A DNA stretch of 63,942 bases, filler included, from Choristocarpus tenellus KU-1152 (taxonomy: Eukaryota > Protista > Phaeophyceae): the NCBI GenBank assembly GCA_964200185.2. It is 10 parts of 10 records of this genome, joined end to end, with 100 filler letters (N's around TTAATTAATTAA, not from the genome) between each part and the next. Parts side by side here need not be neighbours in the genome. Positions count along the whole stretch, not along the records: positions 28,884 to 41,441 come from CAXNAD020001791.1; positions 41,542 to 46,682 come from CAXNAD020011744.1; positions 46,783 to 50,210 come from CAXNAD020020092.1; positions 50,311 to 58,411 come from CAXNAD020005148.1; 6 more parts are not named here. One strand, given 5' to 3'. Numbering within the stretch: position 1 is the stretch's first letter; each line of letters starts with the position of its first letter. Shown here one piece after another: positions 38,332 through 51,403 of this stretch. The position numbers and the translations under genes are program-made. Below the pieces are notes generated by a model. It worked only from the letters and a program-made list of their open reading frames with translations, did not search any database and was not told the origin of the DNA.

Positions 38332-41277
38332 TAATGGTACAGCTAACAGAGTTTTTTTCCCATCAAGAATTAGTTTTTGGGTGTATGAACGAAAAAATGT
38401 TCATAGGAAGGACACGCCAGAAAAAACAAATACATTTTTAGTACACGCACGATTAATATCATGTTTCTGCTGGTTCGAAAAAAAATAATTGATTTTTTCA
38501 ACAGATATCTTTCCCGCAAGTACTGACACTGGGCTGATGCATTGCTTTCTGGTATTGAAAGATGAAATTCATTTTTGATATATTGACCTGAACAGGATTG
38601 GACAGCAATACATATTATAATTTTTCTTTGATGCAGTCATGCTTTACTCTTTTTGTTTTGATGTCACCACAGTTCAGTAACTCTGACTTTTTGTCCCCAT
38701 GCTTGTCCTTTCCCTCCCGCCCTCCATCTCCCAAACTTGAAAGCTCTTTTGATATTCATGCACAGACAGTCAGTACCTGCACACCCGTTCTGCATCTGCA
38801 TGGTTACTGAAACTATGATCTTATTTTCTAACCTCGCACATGCATATTTGTGTGTGTGTAGTAGTACCATGTGCGTGCTTGTCCTGTTGTACAGGGTGTA
38901 CAGGTGCTTTCCAAAGTCGAGGAACAATTCCAGCAAAACTAAGGGTCGATTGAGGTCGTTTCAGGTGGCGGGTTTCCAATGGTTAAGCGTCTACAACAAA
39001 GAGTGCTGGAGTGAGACAATATTGTAGACGTTGGAGGACCAAAATTCTTGGAAGGGATTCTTGTGCTCTTTTTCTTGGTGCCTTTGACTCGGTTCAGTTT
39101 GGCACTTATGCGTGGCAGACTGTTCATTTGTTTAGTGCACAAGCTTTGACTACATGGTGAGAATAAGAAGAGAAAACAACTGGAAGTACGAGACTTGGGT
39201 GTGTTCGTTCGGTCGGGCACAATAAGAGGAACTATTATATGAGGCAAGGTGATACGATGCACATTTTATACCTCTTTATCTTCCAGGAAGAAGAACTCAG
39301 TCCTAAAATTTGTGACATTTGTCCTTGCGTTTGATGTGTGCACATAATCACAAGAACACATAAACGAGTGGCCCAATACCTGAGTTCATATTGAAAATTA
39401 CGGAAGAGGAAAAGGGTGGAGTCGTACTTCCATAAATGTGAGAAGATGTTGCATTTCCTCCATTCCATCCCCTACCCCCCCTTGTTGTTTTACCGTTTAT
39501 ATTGTCAACTTGATGTTTACTATTGTTTTGGGGAAGGGACTCGCACAGAGGATTAGTGACAGGTGTGTCAATAGTATGTTCCGGAATGGACCTGGGGGTC
39601 ATTGGTTGCTTTGGGGGCCTATAAGGGGTTCATTCTCCTGGTACTAAGCATTCTGGAGTACGTAATATGTGAAATCTTCCTACCCATCAACTATGTTCTT
39701 GTGGTCAAAGGGCCTTACGCTGTGGCTGATATTATGTATGTTATAGGTCCATGCTTCACCATCTCCCTATCTGCTTCTCTTATACATGTTCTGTAAGTCG
39801 GGATGGGGCCACTCAATATCTTCAGGGAGGTATTCGATTTACATAGAACACTCCCTCTCAGGAGGACATTTTGTGTGGACACTGTTATCCAGTGCTCAGA
39901 GAGATTGGTATGTTCCATTCGCAAAGTAGGTTGCTTCCCGTTTTCTCGGTGACAAAATGTGCAAAATATCAATGGACATTGTAATATATGCTTGTACCAC
40001 CGAAAATTGTGTCCTGTCCTGTCCAGGTCATCACGGAAAAGTAGAGACCCCTCCCTCCCTTGCTAGTTGTGTCACCCTTGCCAAGAATCTTGGCTATCAG
40101 ATTTTTTCCTTGGTTGGAGTTTGAAGGTGTCCTAGTGACTTCCCCCTGTTCAAACATTGAACGTAGCATTAAAAACACTTCAAACAAAGGCATAGATATA
40201 CTCTATGCTCCCGCCCCCACCACCTATCCCCCCTTGTGTTCGGCATGTACCCATTCTGTACACTACACATACTATTTTTCTCTCAATTATGTCACCTGTT
40301 TGTGGGTGATGCCTCCTACTACGTGCCTTCAAGACAAAAAATATACAGGGAAAATTGCCGATGACTCTCCCCTCACAATACATGTTCAAAATTGTGCCAA
40401 AAGAGTTCTACATACCAAAGCACTATCCAACCACTTATCTCCAATACACCCATCCACCCTGGCAACTGTATGAATGAGTTGCTACTTTAAAAAAAAAGTG
40501 TCCTTCCTCCTCTTTGCTCTTGCTTCCCGTGCTCCAACAGATACCTATGTAACACTAATGGTAACAATGTGTACACTCCCTAAAATATGATTCTCGCACA
40601 AAATGGTTCAGAATGGGAAGGGGTTACCAACAGGTTCCTTGTCAATAGTAGGTGCCGTTGAGACATGTCAATGCAAGGAATCCGTCAAACAAACACAACC
40701 CAAGTAAAAGTCAAAACGGAAGTCTTTCGTACGATCTGATAGACGAGACAACTTGCTGCGATGTCTTGACCCCAAGATCTACAACACCGCTCCATCCCTC
40801 ATATTGCATGACCAACTAATATTTTTGGATATTTTAGCCAGGGAGGCAATTTCTCACACATGCTAAAATGATAGTGTTTCAAGAGTACCTCTTAACTTAA
40901 AATCCACAAAACATTCTGTTGTATTTAAAAAAAACATATATTTCGACGCGTTGAAGCACCATGGGACATAATATGAATATTGTGTTATTTACACAAAGTT
41001 ATCCGAGAGAAAATACCTTGCGTGGATATTGTCAAAAAGAACATGTGTTCCAAAACAAATTGACAGTAATCATTGTCGTAAACATTCAAAAGTGCTGCAT
41101 GAGGAAATGCACATTGCAGGATTGTCCTACATGATGTACAATATGGAGGGGAAGACAATCTCAGCACCCCTGGACTACATAGAGTAGGGAGGAAATGGGT
41201 TGCAATTTTATATAAATTTGTCTATGTAATCAACAGTTAAAAGGTACAATATAGAAGACAGGCAATAACAGTGTATT

Positions 41278-41338
41278 CTCAAAATTGAGGATGGAGCATA
41301 CTATGGAGGATGGGTTTGACCCAAAATTGACCGGGGAA
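41278..41338. repeat. Dispersed repeat shared (inverted) with 46783-46842
   Basis: AAAATTGAGGATGGAGC....GAGGATGGG(T/C)TTGACCCAAAATTGAC(C/T)GGG near the ends of two different contigs. Confidence 0.75.
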
Positions 41339-43639
41339 AAGTGTCATATGTTTTTTTTTGTAAATGTTGCGGCACTTTTTTAGGGCCCCTTTTTGAATGG
41401 GAATCCGTGCCGGATGTGGTAGTAGTACAGTGTGTGAGCGGNNNNNNNNNNNNNNNNNNNNNNNNNNNNNNNNNNNNNNNNNNNNTTAATTAATTAANNN
41501 NNNNNNNNNNNNNNNNNNNNNNNNNNNNNNNNNNNNNNNNNCGGAATGGACACCCTGGTGTAGACTCCCCCCCCCCCATATACTTTGGGTCACTGTATGC
41601 AGTTGCTGCCATCCCATACTCCCCATACTCCCCCGCCCTCCCCACTCTTCTATCACCCTGTTGCAATTTTCTTCAATAAAGGTTTACTGATGCCATTGCA
41701 GCTGGGTGCTTGCCATTGGTCATTGATAACGGTTTCCGTCTAGCGGCAGCCCCATTTAATAACTTCATCAACTACGACTTGTTCACCATCAATATTCCAG
41801 CGAAGGTTGGTTACTGCTTCATTGCAACAGTTGCCTAGTGATGGTCTTGTACAGTGTGTGTGTGTGTGTGTGAGTTTGCACACAATGGCAACAAGTGTGT
41901 GACTTTGAATGATGTTGGGAGAGGGAGACTTCTGTAAGAGGTAACTGCCCTGTCTTCTGGTGAGGGAACGTTCACTAGGTGCTGGCCACATTAGCAGGAG
42001 GACATGTTTGCCTTCGAATGAGTCTCTTTGCAGCTCACCCGTGGGGTATTGTTTGGCTGTTTCGCTCCTCCGTTTTTCCTTCACTTGTACCCATCAAATT
42101 AACTTTTTGGAAAACGATTGTATGGTCTGGATGCATTTTGCGTTCATTATATTATGTTCTTTCTACTCTTCCTTGAGGTACAGCTTCACTTTTTCCACTG
42201 GTTGTGACCACCTTGAACTTTTTTATGTGTATCCTCGGGTGGCTACGGCAACCTAATGCAGATGTGGGATCAAGACCCAACTGGTGCAATCCACTACATC
42301 TACACCTACTCAGAGTCTGAGCTCAAAAGAATCTATCATGCCATGCTCAAGGCGCGCAAGCACCTACTGTGGGAACACCCAAAGAGCAAGGTGGCGACCT
42401 TGGGGCTTGTGGAGGTCAAAAGGAGGTGCATGGACCCTGGTGCTCCACCAAGTTTTCCTTTGGAGTGAGAGAGGGGCTTACAAGATGTTTACATCGTGTT
42501 CTTATATCAGCGATGTTAAGGCATTGCGAGTGTGGTGAACGGTATTTTAGGGTGATATCGGTTTAGTACTAGAAAAAAACAAGTCAGCTAGTCTCATGAT
42601 GGAGTTGCAGCCCTGGATGTATTTCCAATAACTGTGCTTCAAATAGTTTGTTTTGTTGGGAGGTATTGTACACCCTTGGCTGTTCTCCTTCAATGTATTC
42701 CTGGTTGTTGAGATCTGTCTGGAGTGTGACAAAAGGGGAAGTGTGTGACTCCGAGCAGATTGTGTTTTGTTGTCACTATTAGATGTATTTGGAGACAGCT
42801 TGTGTGTCTTTGTACTATTAGTATTTTTGTACAAAGAGATGGACACTCACTTTCGAGAGTACTATATGTAACTGTGCTGTCAGGTATTTTTCATTATATA
42901 GCCAAGAATTAGAGTTGGAAGCCTCAACTACGTGGTCAGGCAGTGTTTGATTTCCTTCAGCTATGAGATGTACATGAGGCGTGCCCAACAACAGAACAGT
43001 AATTCAGCGCATGCCAGGAAAGCTCCCATCATGTATATACTTTAAAGCGAACTTTGCTCCTGAAAGGGGATGTCGATGTAACTCCTCAACAAAGATACAT
43101 CAGAACAAATAGGTTCGCGTAAATAAGGTTCCATCCTCAGTAATTGCTGCTTGTAAAATATCAAGATCGCCTTTGTATTGCCAACCTTTGAAGCTATGGG
43201 TGATCTATTATCAGGGGTGTGAAATGGAAGACATACTAGGGACATATAATTGCATGGAACGGGTGACCAATTTGATGCTTTACATCTGAAATTGGACCCA
43301 AGTGAATACTGTGGTGGCCTGCTCTCCTCCTCCTACCATCTTTCAAGCCATTCTTGGCATGAATTTTTTCATGTTGTCGCCTTGAGGCCAGAAAAAGCAA
43401 CCACTTCTCTCCAGAGTCCAGGTAGTCGTAAGGTCAAACCGATACCTCCTTACACTTAATTCAGATGAAATCGATCATTCCTAAGGCTCACCAAATTGTA
43501 AGCAGTGAAACCTCCTCATGCACCACTGTAGCCCTTGGGGATAATTATCTCTTCCGTTCACATTAAAAAGGTGTGTCAATGTAGATATGCAAACTATACC
43601 ATGTACTTGATAAAGCATATATTACATACACATCTTCTT

Positions 43640-45260
43640 AGTAAAGCACAACGCTTCTTTGTGAGAGTGCGAACATGGCATTGTTAATATCCGGTCTGGT
43701 CATGACAGCTGCCCACATCAAACTACCAGTAGCCTCCCTATATGTGATCATTTCATTGACACTTGGATTATCCTCATTCTTGTCTAAAGTCCTTGCGAGA
43801 TCGTGGGGTATCGCCCTTTTCTTTACCCCATCCATACCAAATATTTCACAGATGTTCCTAATGCTTACTGCCTTCACAATTCTGTCATGTGAAATCTCAC
43901 AGCCCATAGAGTATTCAAGATTCTTAAAATTACATTAAGAAATATATGCTTCTTAATTCGGGAGCAAATCCTAATCAAATCATCGGGCATTCCTTCTACC
44001 AAAAGATCGTCAACGTGAGGGGCTATAACAGTACAAAAACAATGTCATTTAATACATTGAGTAATACAAGGGGATCTGGATCTCCATTGCTTAAAACCAT
44101 TCCAAAAACGTTCACCAACGAATTGTTAAACTTCCTGCTAGCAGGTTTGGCGCGATGAAGTGCTTTCACAGACGCACAATCTTTCCTGACCACAAATCAC
44201 ATCCATCACATGAACGAAGAAATATTTCTTCTCTGATTTCTGCTTGTAGTGAAAAGAAGCTGATTCACATCTCAATGTATGAGCTCCTAATCTTCGTCTG
44301 CAGCTAGTAGTGCTAAAACCATTCTTAAAGATGCAGGCAAAGGTGTTGGGGCAAAGGCATCTTGGTAATCCAAACATTCCATCTGTCGAAACATTTTTCT
44401 ACCAAACGTTCCTTGTATTTCACTACCTCACCAAATATATTGGTCTTACGCTTGTGGATACATTTGGTGTCTATTTGCCTTGCGTCCGGTGAGTAATACG
44501 GCCTCCACCCCAACATTATGCAACAAAAAACCAAACATCTCTTCTGCTCTAGCTCGATCCCACAAACCACATTAAGGAGAGCTTTGTTCTGCTCATAAGG
44601 TCTTAGGGTTTTGGAGGGAGCCCATCCGCTAACACTCTAATAAATTAATCACTCCCACACATCACAAGGGTAGTTTCAGTGGAAACACACAAACACATAA
44701 AAAATGGTTGAAGGCATCATAGAAACAGCAGCTTTGGTAGAAAAATCTTGATGGTTTCCAGATCTGGTGCGGTGAGGAAGGGCGTTGTCATGGCCATCGC
44801 CAGAACTAAGATGTTGGTTCCCTGTCGCTCTGACTGTCGTTGATTTTTATCTCACCTTCCCCTTCACCATTTATGTTGTCCCCTCCGATCCAGTCGGTGT
44901 CGTTGTCATCACCATTATCATTATACCCACAGGGACCAATTCGTTTCCTCCTATTTCATCACCATTGCCCCATGCATCTCGAGACTCGATTTTTTTCTTA
45001 CTGCCTCCTTCAAATCTTGAGTACATATTATCTGCTGAATACCTCGTATTCCTTTCTATCTTCCATGAATGAAAGTCCATTTTAGATCCAGCACAAAAAC
45101 GTGAGGAAAACTCTATACCCTATCCCAAAAAAGTCTCGTTTCTTTCAATGACGGGAGTAAACTTCATTGCGAATACCATACATATTTCGCATACACAAAG
45201 TACTTCTCCACATCCTCACCCACACGATGCACTGTACAGGTCTGGACTGACAAAGACAAC
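43640..45260 (-). mobile_element. Degenerate Ty1/Copia pol (integrase C-terminus through reverse transcriptase)
   Basis: IDTKCIHKRKTNIFGEVVKYKERLVEKCF (KxRLV motif), APHVDDLL (YVDD equivalent) and YREATGSLMWAAVMTRPDINNA, with many stops and frameshifts. Confidence 0.88.
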
Positions 45261-46296
45261 GTACAGCACAGGGATGCAGAGGTCTTCATACTCCTAACAA
45301 ACACCATATGAAATTAGTTCATAGTTAAATCGCCCAAAATGAGGTGTAGACCGCTTGGATGCAGCAAGGCGGCACGATCCATGTGCCCCTCTCCTGTCGA
45401 GTATCAACTCCTATAACCTCTTCTGTGGTCAGGACAGGGACGAATCCGACTCAGCCAGTGTTCTTTCCTCAAGTGGTCTTGCTACTGCAGCAAGTGCATG
45501 GTGGCGGTGATGAACTTGTGCTAGTCCACCATCCAGCAGATGACTCCCGTTCAAGGGATCAACCTCCGAGCTATGTTGTGGGCTACTGGTTTTGAGAGGT
45601 TGTTCCTAAGCCGGCTCTAGAACAAAGGAGAGGAGACTGCACAAAGGCAACGCCTGCATTGTTAGAACGGACGTTGAAGAGTGCAATAGGGTAGAGTTAC
45701 TTCCGTTCACTTGGACAACAAGACCGAGGAGAACAGGACGTTAGGAGCAATCTCCTTGATGCAGTTTGTTTTCTAAGAGAGATAAGATGGTGAAGGTTGT
45801 GGAAGTCTTGAGTGAGGTGAAGATCACATGGGGGCACGATCTACCAGCCATTTTCCTGGAACACTTGGAACGCTCGCCCGAGTTGAATCATTTTACGAAT
45901 CCATTTTTTTTCAAGATCACGTTTGGTCTAAGGAACGCTCAACACAGTTGCAGTCAAGAGGGGGACTGGTTTCCCTTGTGAATTTCAACTTCCCCGGGAC
46001 CCGCTGAAAAGAGATGTTGCTCTTTATACACATAACATAGATTTTGTTGTCTAATCCTTCATCACAATCAAATGACCCCCTTCTCTATAGGTGATGACCG
46101 CAGCACCCAAGTATGTTCTTCTATGCCTTTAGTCCACCCTCCTTCCTGACTTCAATGAGGCTCTGATCACCACTAAGAACACGTACACCATCCATCCCGG
46201 ACTGTATAATTCTTTCATTATTAAGAGCAATCGCCAGGTCATTGAAGGCCCTGCTATGGGTCTTCTCGGCAGATGGAGTTCAGAGAGCAATGAACC

Positions 46297-46446
46297 AGGC
46301 CAAGCATGGCCTTGGAACACTCTTCCGCCAACACTGGACCCGCGGCTTTGGTGCTTTGATGAAAGATAATGAAGGCCAAGCAAGGCCTTGGAACACTCTT
46401 CCACCAACACTGGACCCGCGGCTTTGGTGCTTTGAAAGACAATGAA
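46297..46446. repeat. Tandem duplication, 76-bp unit x2
   Basis: AGGCCAAGCA(T/A)GGCCTTGGAACACTCTTCC(G/A)CCAACACTGGACCCGCGGCTTTGGTGCTTTGA starting at 46297 and 46373. Confidence 0.9.
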
Positions 46447-47586
46447 TAGCTTGATGTAGATATGCAAAGTTTATATTACAAGAGGCTTGTGGTCTCCTTT
46501 CCGCTGACTGAATGCGTGGGTGAGACTAGCCTAGACTACCATTATTATTTCTATAGTGTGGGGTTTGTAATCGTCCACACTAATTTACTATGAATCACTT
46601 AATTTTTTGTATTATGTATAGTGCGGAAAGCATGTTTGACTGTTATTATACCGTTATACCGTGGTACCGATTGAGGTTCCCANNNNNNNNNNNNNNNNNN
46701 NNNNNNNNNNNNNNNNNNNNNNNNNNTTAATTAATTAANNNNNNNNNNNNNNNNNNNNNNNNNNNNNNNNNNNNNNNNNNNNTCCCAGTCAATTTTGGGT
46801 CAAGCCCATCCTCAATGAAAAGCTCCATCCTCAATTTTTGAAATCGACAGTTCTTTCCACACATAAACTGACACCACAATTCAGCAAACGCACCTGAGAA
46901 TAAGGGTATCCATGTGGATATTGCAAATCTCATGTGGTAGTCTTCAACAGTCTCACCCCATGAGTTCAATCAACGGAAGTAGTTAGTAACATTAACATTT
47001 TATATGGACACCAGCAAGCCTTGTGCTCTACCGAGGCACATGATTGATTTTGGGGTGCAGTGCGAAATACTTCAACAAGAGGCACCAGGCAGAGGGGCAA
47101 GAAGGGGCCTGTCAGTTCTTGGGATGCCTCCCTGGCTCATCGCTCATCTTTGTAAGGGCTAAGCTAGGTTAGAGGCATAGTTGTTCAAATAGCAAATTGG
47201 TTTGGAGATATATATTTCAAGTTTACGACCACAGTCACTTTTAGAGGGATCCTTGTGATATTAGTCTGGCCTTTTCCCTGACGCACCTCCAAAATGTCAG
47301 AGGGCATAGTAATATGTATTATGTGTAGAGATCCCACTTGAGAATATGTTTGAAAAAAGGAATATGCACTGGTTGAGAAAGGCAACAAGAATCACAAAAT
47401 AAAAAATATATGAGACAGAAAAAGAATAGAACCAGCAGAAGAAGAATACTGTCACTCAAAAACCCGTAAGGAACGACAAGAAAGAAACCAACAAAGTATG
47501 GAAGAGAATTCAGCTTAAAAAAAAACATGAATCAAACCAACATTGATGGTGGTGTTGTTGGTGGCTTGGAGCTGCTGCTTTGGTGT

Positions 47587-47838
47587 GAGTAAAGTAGGTA
47601 TCACACTGTGTTTTTACCGTTTAGATTTTAAAACATTTTTTATCTATTGCAATTCACCCCTATTTCTACAGATGAAAGTGCAAAGTTTGACTATAGAACG
47701 TTTATTTCTCTATTGTTTACATTTTTTTAAAAACAATTCAGAAAATATCCTACATCCATCTGAACAAAATGCAATTTGCGCATGTTTGTCAAGCATCCTA
47801 AAAATGCAATCCTGGGTACCTCTCGCTTACTTTGACTC
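47587..47838. mobile_element. Diverged GAG...CTC MITE with features of families 1 and 2
   Basis: Termini GAGTAAAGTA / TACTTTGACTC like family 1; internal CATCCTAAAAATGCAATCCTG like family 2; 252 bp. Confidence 0.6.
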
Positions 47839-47959
47839 ACTTTCTCCTTGGAGTGCCATTTGGCTGTGAAACTTGTTCTCTTCTCAGACACATACTCATG
47901 TCACTTCTGTTCGCTATTTGGTGTGGTGCTTGAACCCTCTCAACCCCAATCCCAAACTT

Positions 47960-48200
47960 GCTAAGTTAGTCTTAGAGATGTGTCCGCCAGTTCTTCTTCT
48001 CCTGCCCATCTAGGTTCCGTTTTCAAGCCGCAAACTCCCCAAACACCAGATTTTTAGGAAGTCCCTCATTCCCCATTTGAGCAACTGGCCTGACAAATAG
48101 GAGCCTCCACTGGCACACCGTTGCCTCAATACCCTCACAATCAGTCTTACTAAGAACATCTTTCTGTAGGATAGGACATGATCGGTGTGTTCCCATCTGA
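47960..48200 (-). mobile_element. RTE-clade LINE 3' fragment
   Basis: VLSKTDCEGIEATVCQWRLLFVRPVAQMGNEGLPKNLVFGEF..*KRNLDGQEKNWR matches the RTE tail LxxxGHxxRMxxxRLPKxxxxGExxxxxRxxGxxxxxW. Confidence 0.8.
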
Positions 48201-48900
48201 GGAAACCTACATATCATGGGAGGAAAATGTCGTGATGAGAGTGTGGAGAGTGGGGAATCTCCGAAATAGTTCACGACTCACTTGAAAAGAAAAGGGGAAG
48301 GTGTTGAAGAGCTTAAGTTTTTTTAGTACAGATGAAATTCGTGGCGTCATGATAGTAATTAGTTGAGGGGTCACATGATATGACATGATATGTGGGGAGG
48401 AGTTAGGGCATGGATAGTTCTCATGTAGAAACAGAGATAACTCACGTGAGGAGGTTGGATATACACATGTATGAATATTAGGTCGTGGCACAAGATTGGT
48501 GGAGAGATCTTTCTTTGATAAACTATGGTCAACAGTGTTCAAGATGTGCAACCCTTGAGAATCAATTTGGATCAACTTTATTTGAGACATGCCGACCCTC
48601 GGGAATGTGCTAGGAAGAGAGGTGGGGATAGGCAAGGGAAGAGATACAACATATATGGTCAAGGTCAGGGTGAAGCAGGTGGGGAACTAAGGAGTAGGTG
48701 AGGTCCGCAAGGTGGGATAGAGAGGGATTGAATGTCGCAGGTGGCAGAGGAGGGAATGGGGGAGGTGGAGAATCGGTGGGAGGATTGCAGGGAATCCTGT
48801 TTAACGAGACCTGAGACAAGCATATGCAGCAAGTCCAAGGATAGAAGGAGTCATAAGGGGACAGGTGGATGAGGTATGAGGTTTCATCCTCTTCTACCAG

Positions 48901-49320
48901 GGTTTGGAAGATCTTTTATGCGAAGTTGAGCAGGAACTGGCACAAGTGTGCGTGTTGATCATGGATATGCGGATGAATCCGGCTGCCAAGGATGAGAGAA
49001 GACTTGAAGCTGTTGTCAGAAAGGGTCGACAGCAATACCTAGCTAGATCTTGCAACCATCTGTTCGACAATTCAGGATTGGCAGTGTTTGGTCTGGCGGG
49101 AGGTACTGGAAGACTGCGTCTATCTGATGTGGGGATAGAAGAAGGTATGGATTTGGGGATGGGGGGTGAATTTGGAAGCGAGGGGAGGGATATTGATAGG
49201 AAAGCACAAGGAGGTGAGGCTGATGCAAGGGACGAGGCAAATTTGGTCATGAAGGCCTTATTGAAGGAGGTGGGGACTCTCTGGCGAAACCTGATTTCCT
49301 CCCTATGTTTGTATCTAGAG
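48901..49320 (+). CDS. Internal exon of an unidentified gene (140 codons)
   Basis: Pyrimidine tract plus CAG acceptor, GAG|GTAATT donor, 420 nt open, phase 0-0; helical-looking protein with no motif recognised. Confidence 0.7.
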
Positions 49321-50310
49321 GTAATTCTTTGTACCTCTCGGTCTATTGCAGAATAAGCTAAAAAAGATCCTACGGAAATGTGAGGAACCACATGATTGGA
49401 TGGTGAATAGCCTCATCAATAATAACATGATAAGCTGTATAATTTTCAATTTTATTCGCCTCAAGAAGATTGGTTATATTTTGCGAAGGGGGTAGCTGAG
49501 TTTCGCTTTCGAATATCTATGGGAGTGGTAGTTCGATTTGGGATGAGAAGGGTGAAGCCCCTATCCACTGGGTGAGTAGACGACTTGTTGATGGACCTGG
49601 ATGCCCAAGTGACACAGGTGGACACACACACTCTCACACACACACACCACACTCCACACACCACACACATTTATATACATATATCTACAGGACCTTTGCA
49701 TCTTTTATTGGGGTGTTCAGACTAGAATGTTGGATTCGTTTGATCTGGATTTACTGAGCTTTTCAGATGAGGTGGGAACCATGGTGGATCGGGTCATTAC
49801 GTATTCCTCCTTCGCCCCCTCATCTCAGGATTTAGAAGAATGAAGGAATTAGTGAGAGATGCTGGTCAAGTCCCTAACACCAATATCTTAAAAGGTCCCA
49901 CTCATCCCTCATCGTAGGCACAGACCCAACAAATAGGAGACTCTTCTTGTCAACAGCTGTCTCAATACTCAGACACAGTCTTCATATAACAGTAATATGT
50001 CTCTGTACGATAGGACGTCATGATTGGTGGGTTTCTGTTAGTGGAAACTAGGGATGAGAGGAAGAAATATTTGTGATGGGAGCGTCGAAACTGGAAAATT
50101 TCCAAAATTGTCGGTAAGTTTAATTATATACTCCTATTTCCCACCTAAACCTTTTATTGTATTGATAATATTATATTATTATGCCCTCTGACATTTTGCA
50201 GATGTGTCAGNNNNNNNNNNNNNNNNNNNNNNNNNNNNNNNNNNNNNNNNNNNNTTAATTAATTAANNNNNNNNNNNNNNNNNNNNNNNNNNNNNNNNNN
50301 NNNNNNNNNN

Positions 50311-51403
50311 CTGTAGTACTTATCTGGGGGATGATCACATGCCCGGCATACCAGGGCATGGGGACGGAGCCACCCTTTGAGATGTCGTCCTATTGGTTGG
50401 AGAGTGCCATGGTATGGATGTACTTCGGAAAAGTGACTGTTCTTGTTCCTTCTCTTTCTCGCGTGAACTGCAATTAGGAGTGGCAACACTTTCCTCTTCA
50501 TGATTTCGCATGCGTTCAGTGTTCGAATGAGTAAAACTGTGGGGCTGACTTAACTGAGATGAAACCACAACAGCAAACATCCATTTGTTGTGAACCAATT
50601 TTCCTTCTTATCTCTTCTTTTGGCCCCCTCTGTTGCCGGCTTTTCCTCCTGCTACCCTCCCCTATTTCCGTTCCTCCTTTGTTACAAAGGTGGAATCCTA
50701 TCACGACCGTGCAACATTCGTGCACCTTTATGGCGCAGAGCCACACCCCATGATCCCAGACACTAACTTCGACAGCGGTACCTTACGTCCCATGTACTGG
50801 AGTGTAATGCGTCAACCACTGAACTACAACAAGCGGTTAGAAATGGCGCAACAGGCGCTTGAGCTCACAAACCCCGAACAGGTTTGTGGCGTGCTTCGTG
50901 TATTGTAGTGATGTTCTATTATTGGGCGTTCTAGGATGATGGGGATTTTTTGTCTAGTCTTCCGCTTTGAGATTTGCGTGTCCCGGCATGCCTTTGCTAC
51001 GCATTAGGTATTGTGACTTTTTACGTCCGTAAGTATGATTCGAGGTTGGGATTAAGGGTGTAAGGGCATATTCATGGTTTGTGATTCATTGGACTTGCTG
51101 ACAATGTATCCTTAAAAGTGGCCCGTGAGACTATGTATCCTGCTGCTGATCAGTAGGATGCTAACCTTAGGAGAGCACCAATCTCACGACCACCCCTATG
51201 ACTCACCCCAGGTGCTATTGCCTGACTACTTCACGGGTAACCCCTACAGCGAACTAGTGCAGCCTGTGTGGTGTACCTACTCTATGGGGGCAAGAACTGT
51301 GACTATTGTGGGCGAGGATGGAAGGATTGTGTATGAAGCGGAATGGCTGCAAACGGAACATGTTCAAAGTGCCATTGATGACTACTGGTTGGAAAAGCAG
51401 TAG
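50311..51403 (+). CDS. Iodothyronine deiodinase-like thioredoxin-fold protein, Cys form, 5'-partial
   Basis: Exons <50311-50411, 50690-50881, 51212-51403, all phase 0: (P)VVLIWGMITCPAYQ...VESYHDRATFVHLYGAEPHP...RQPLNYNKRLEMA...VLLPD...YSMGARTVTIVGEDGRIVYEAEW*. Colinear with the deiodinase motifs PLVLNFGSCTUPxF, FLxxYIxEAHP, Q...R..AA, VD, Y...P.RL.II..G.I.Y. Confidence 0.8.

Noticed and set aside
42256-42468. 70-aa ORF that looks protein-like
   Set aside because: No recognisable motif and no convincing splice partners.
43640-45260. A novel integrase-less Copia family
   Set aside because: This copy retains traces of the integrase C-terminal region and is just truncated upstream; the deletion in the 9350-11010 copy is most simply decay.
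50332-50334. TGA near the deiodinase active site as a selenocysteine codon
   Set aside because: Out of frame; the motif-bearing frame has TGC (Cys) at the Sec-equivalent position.
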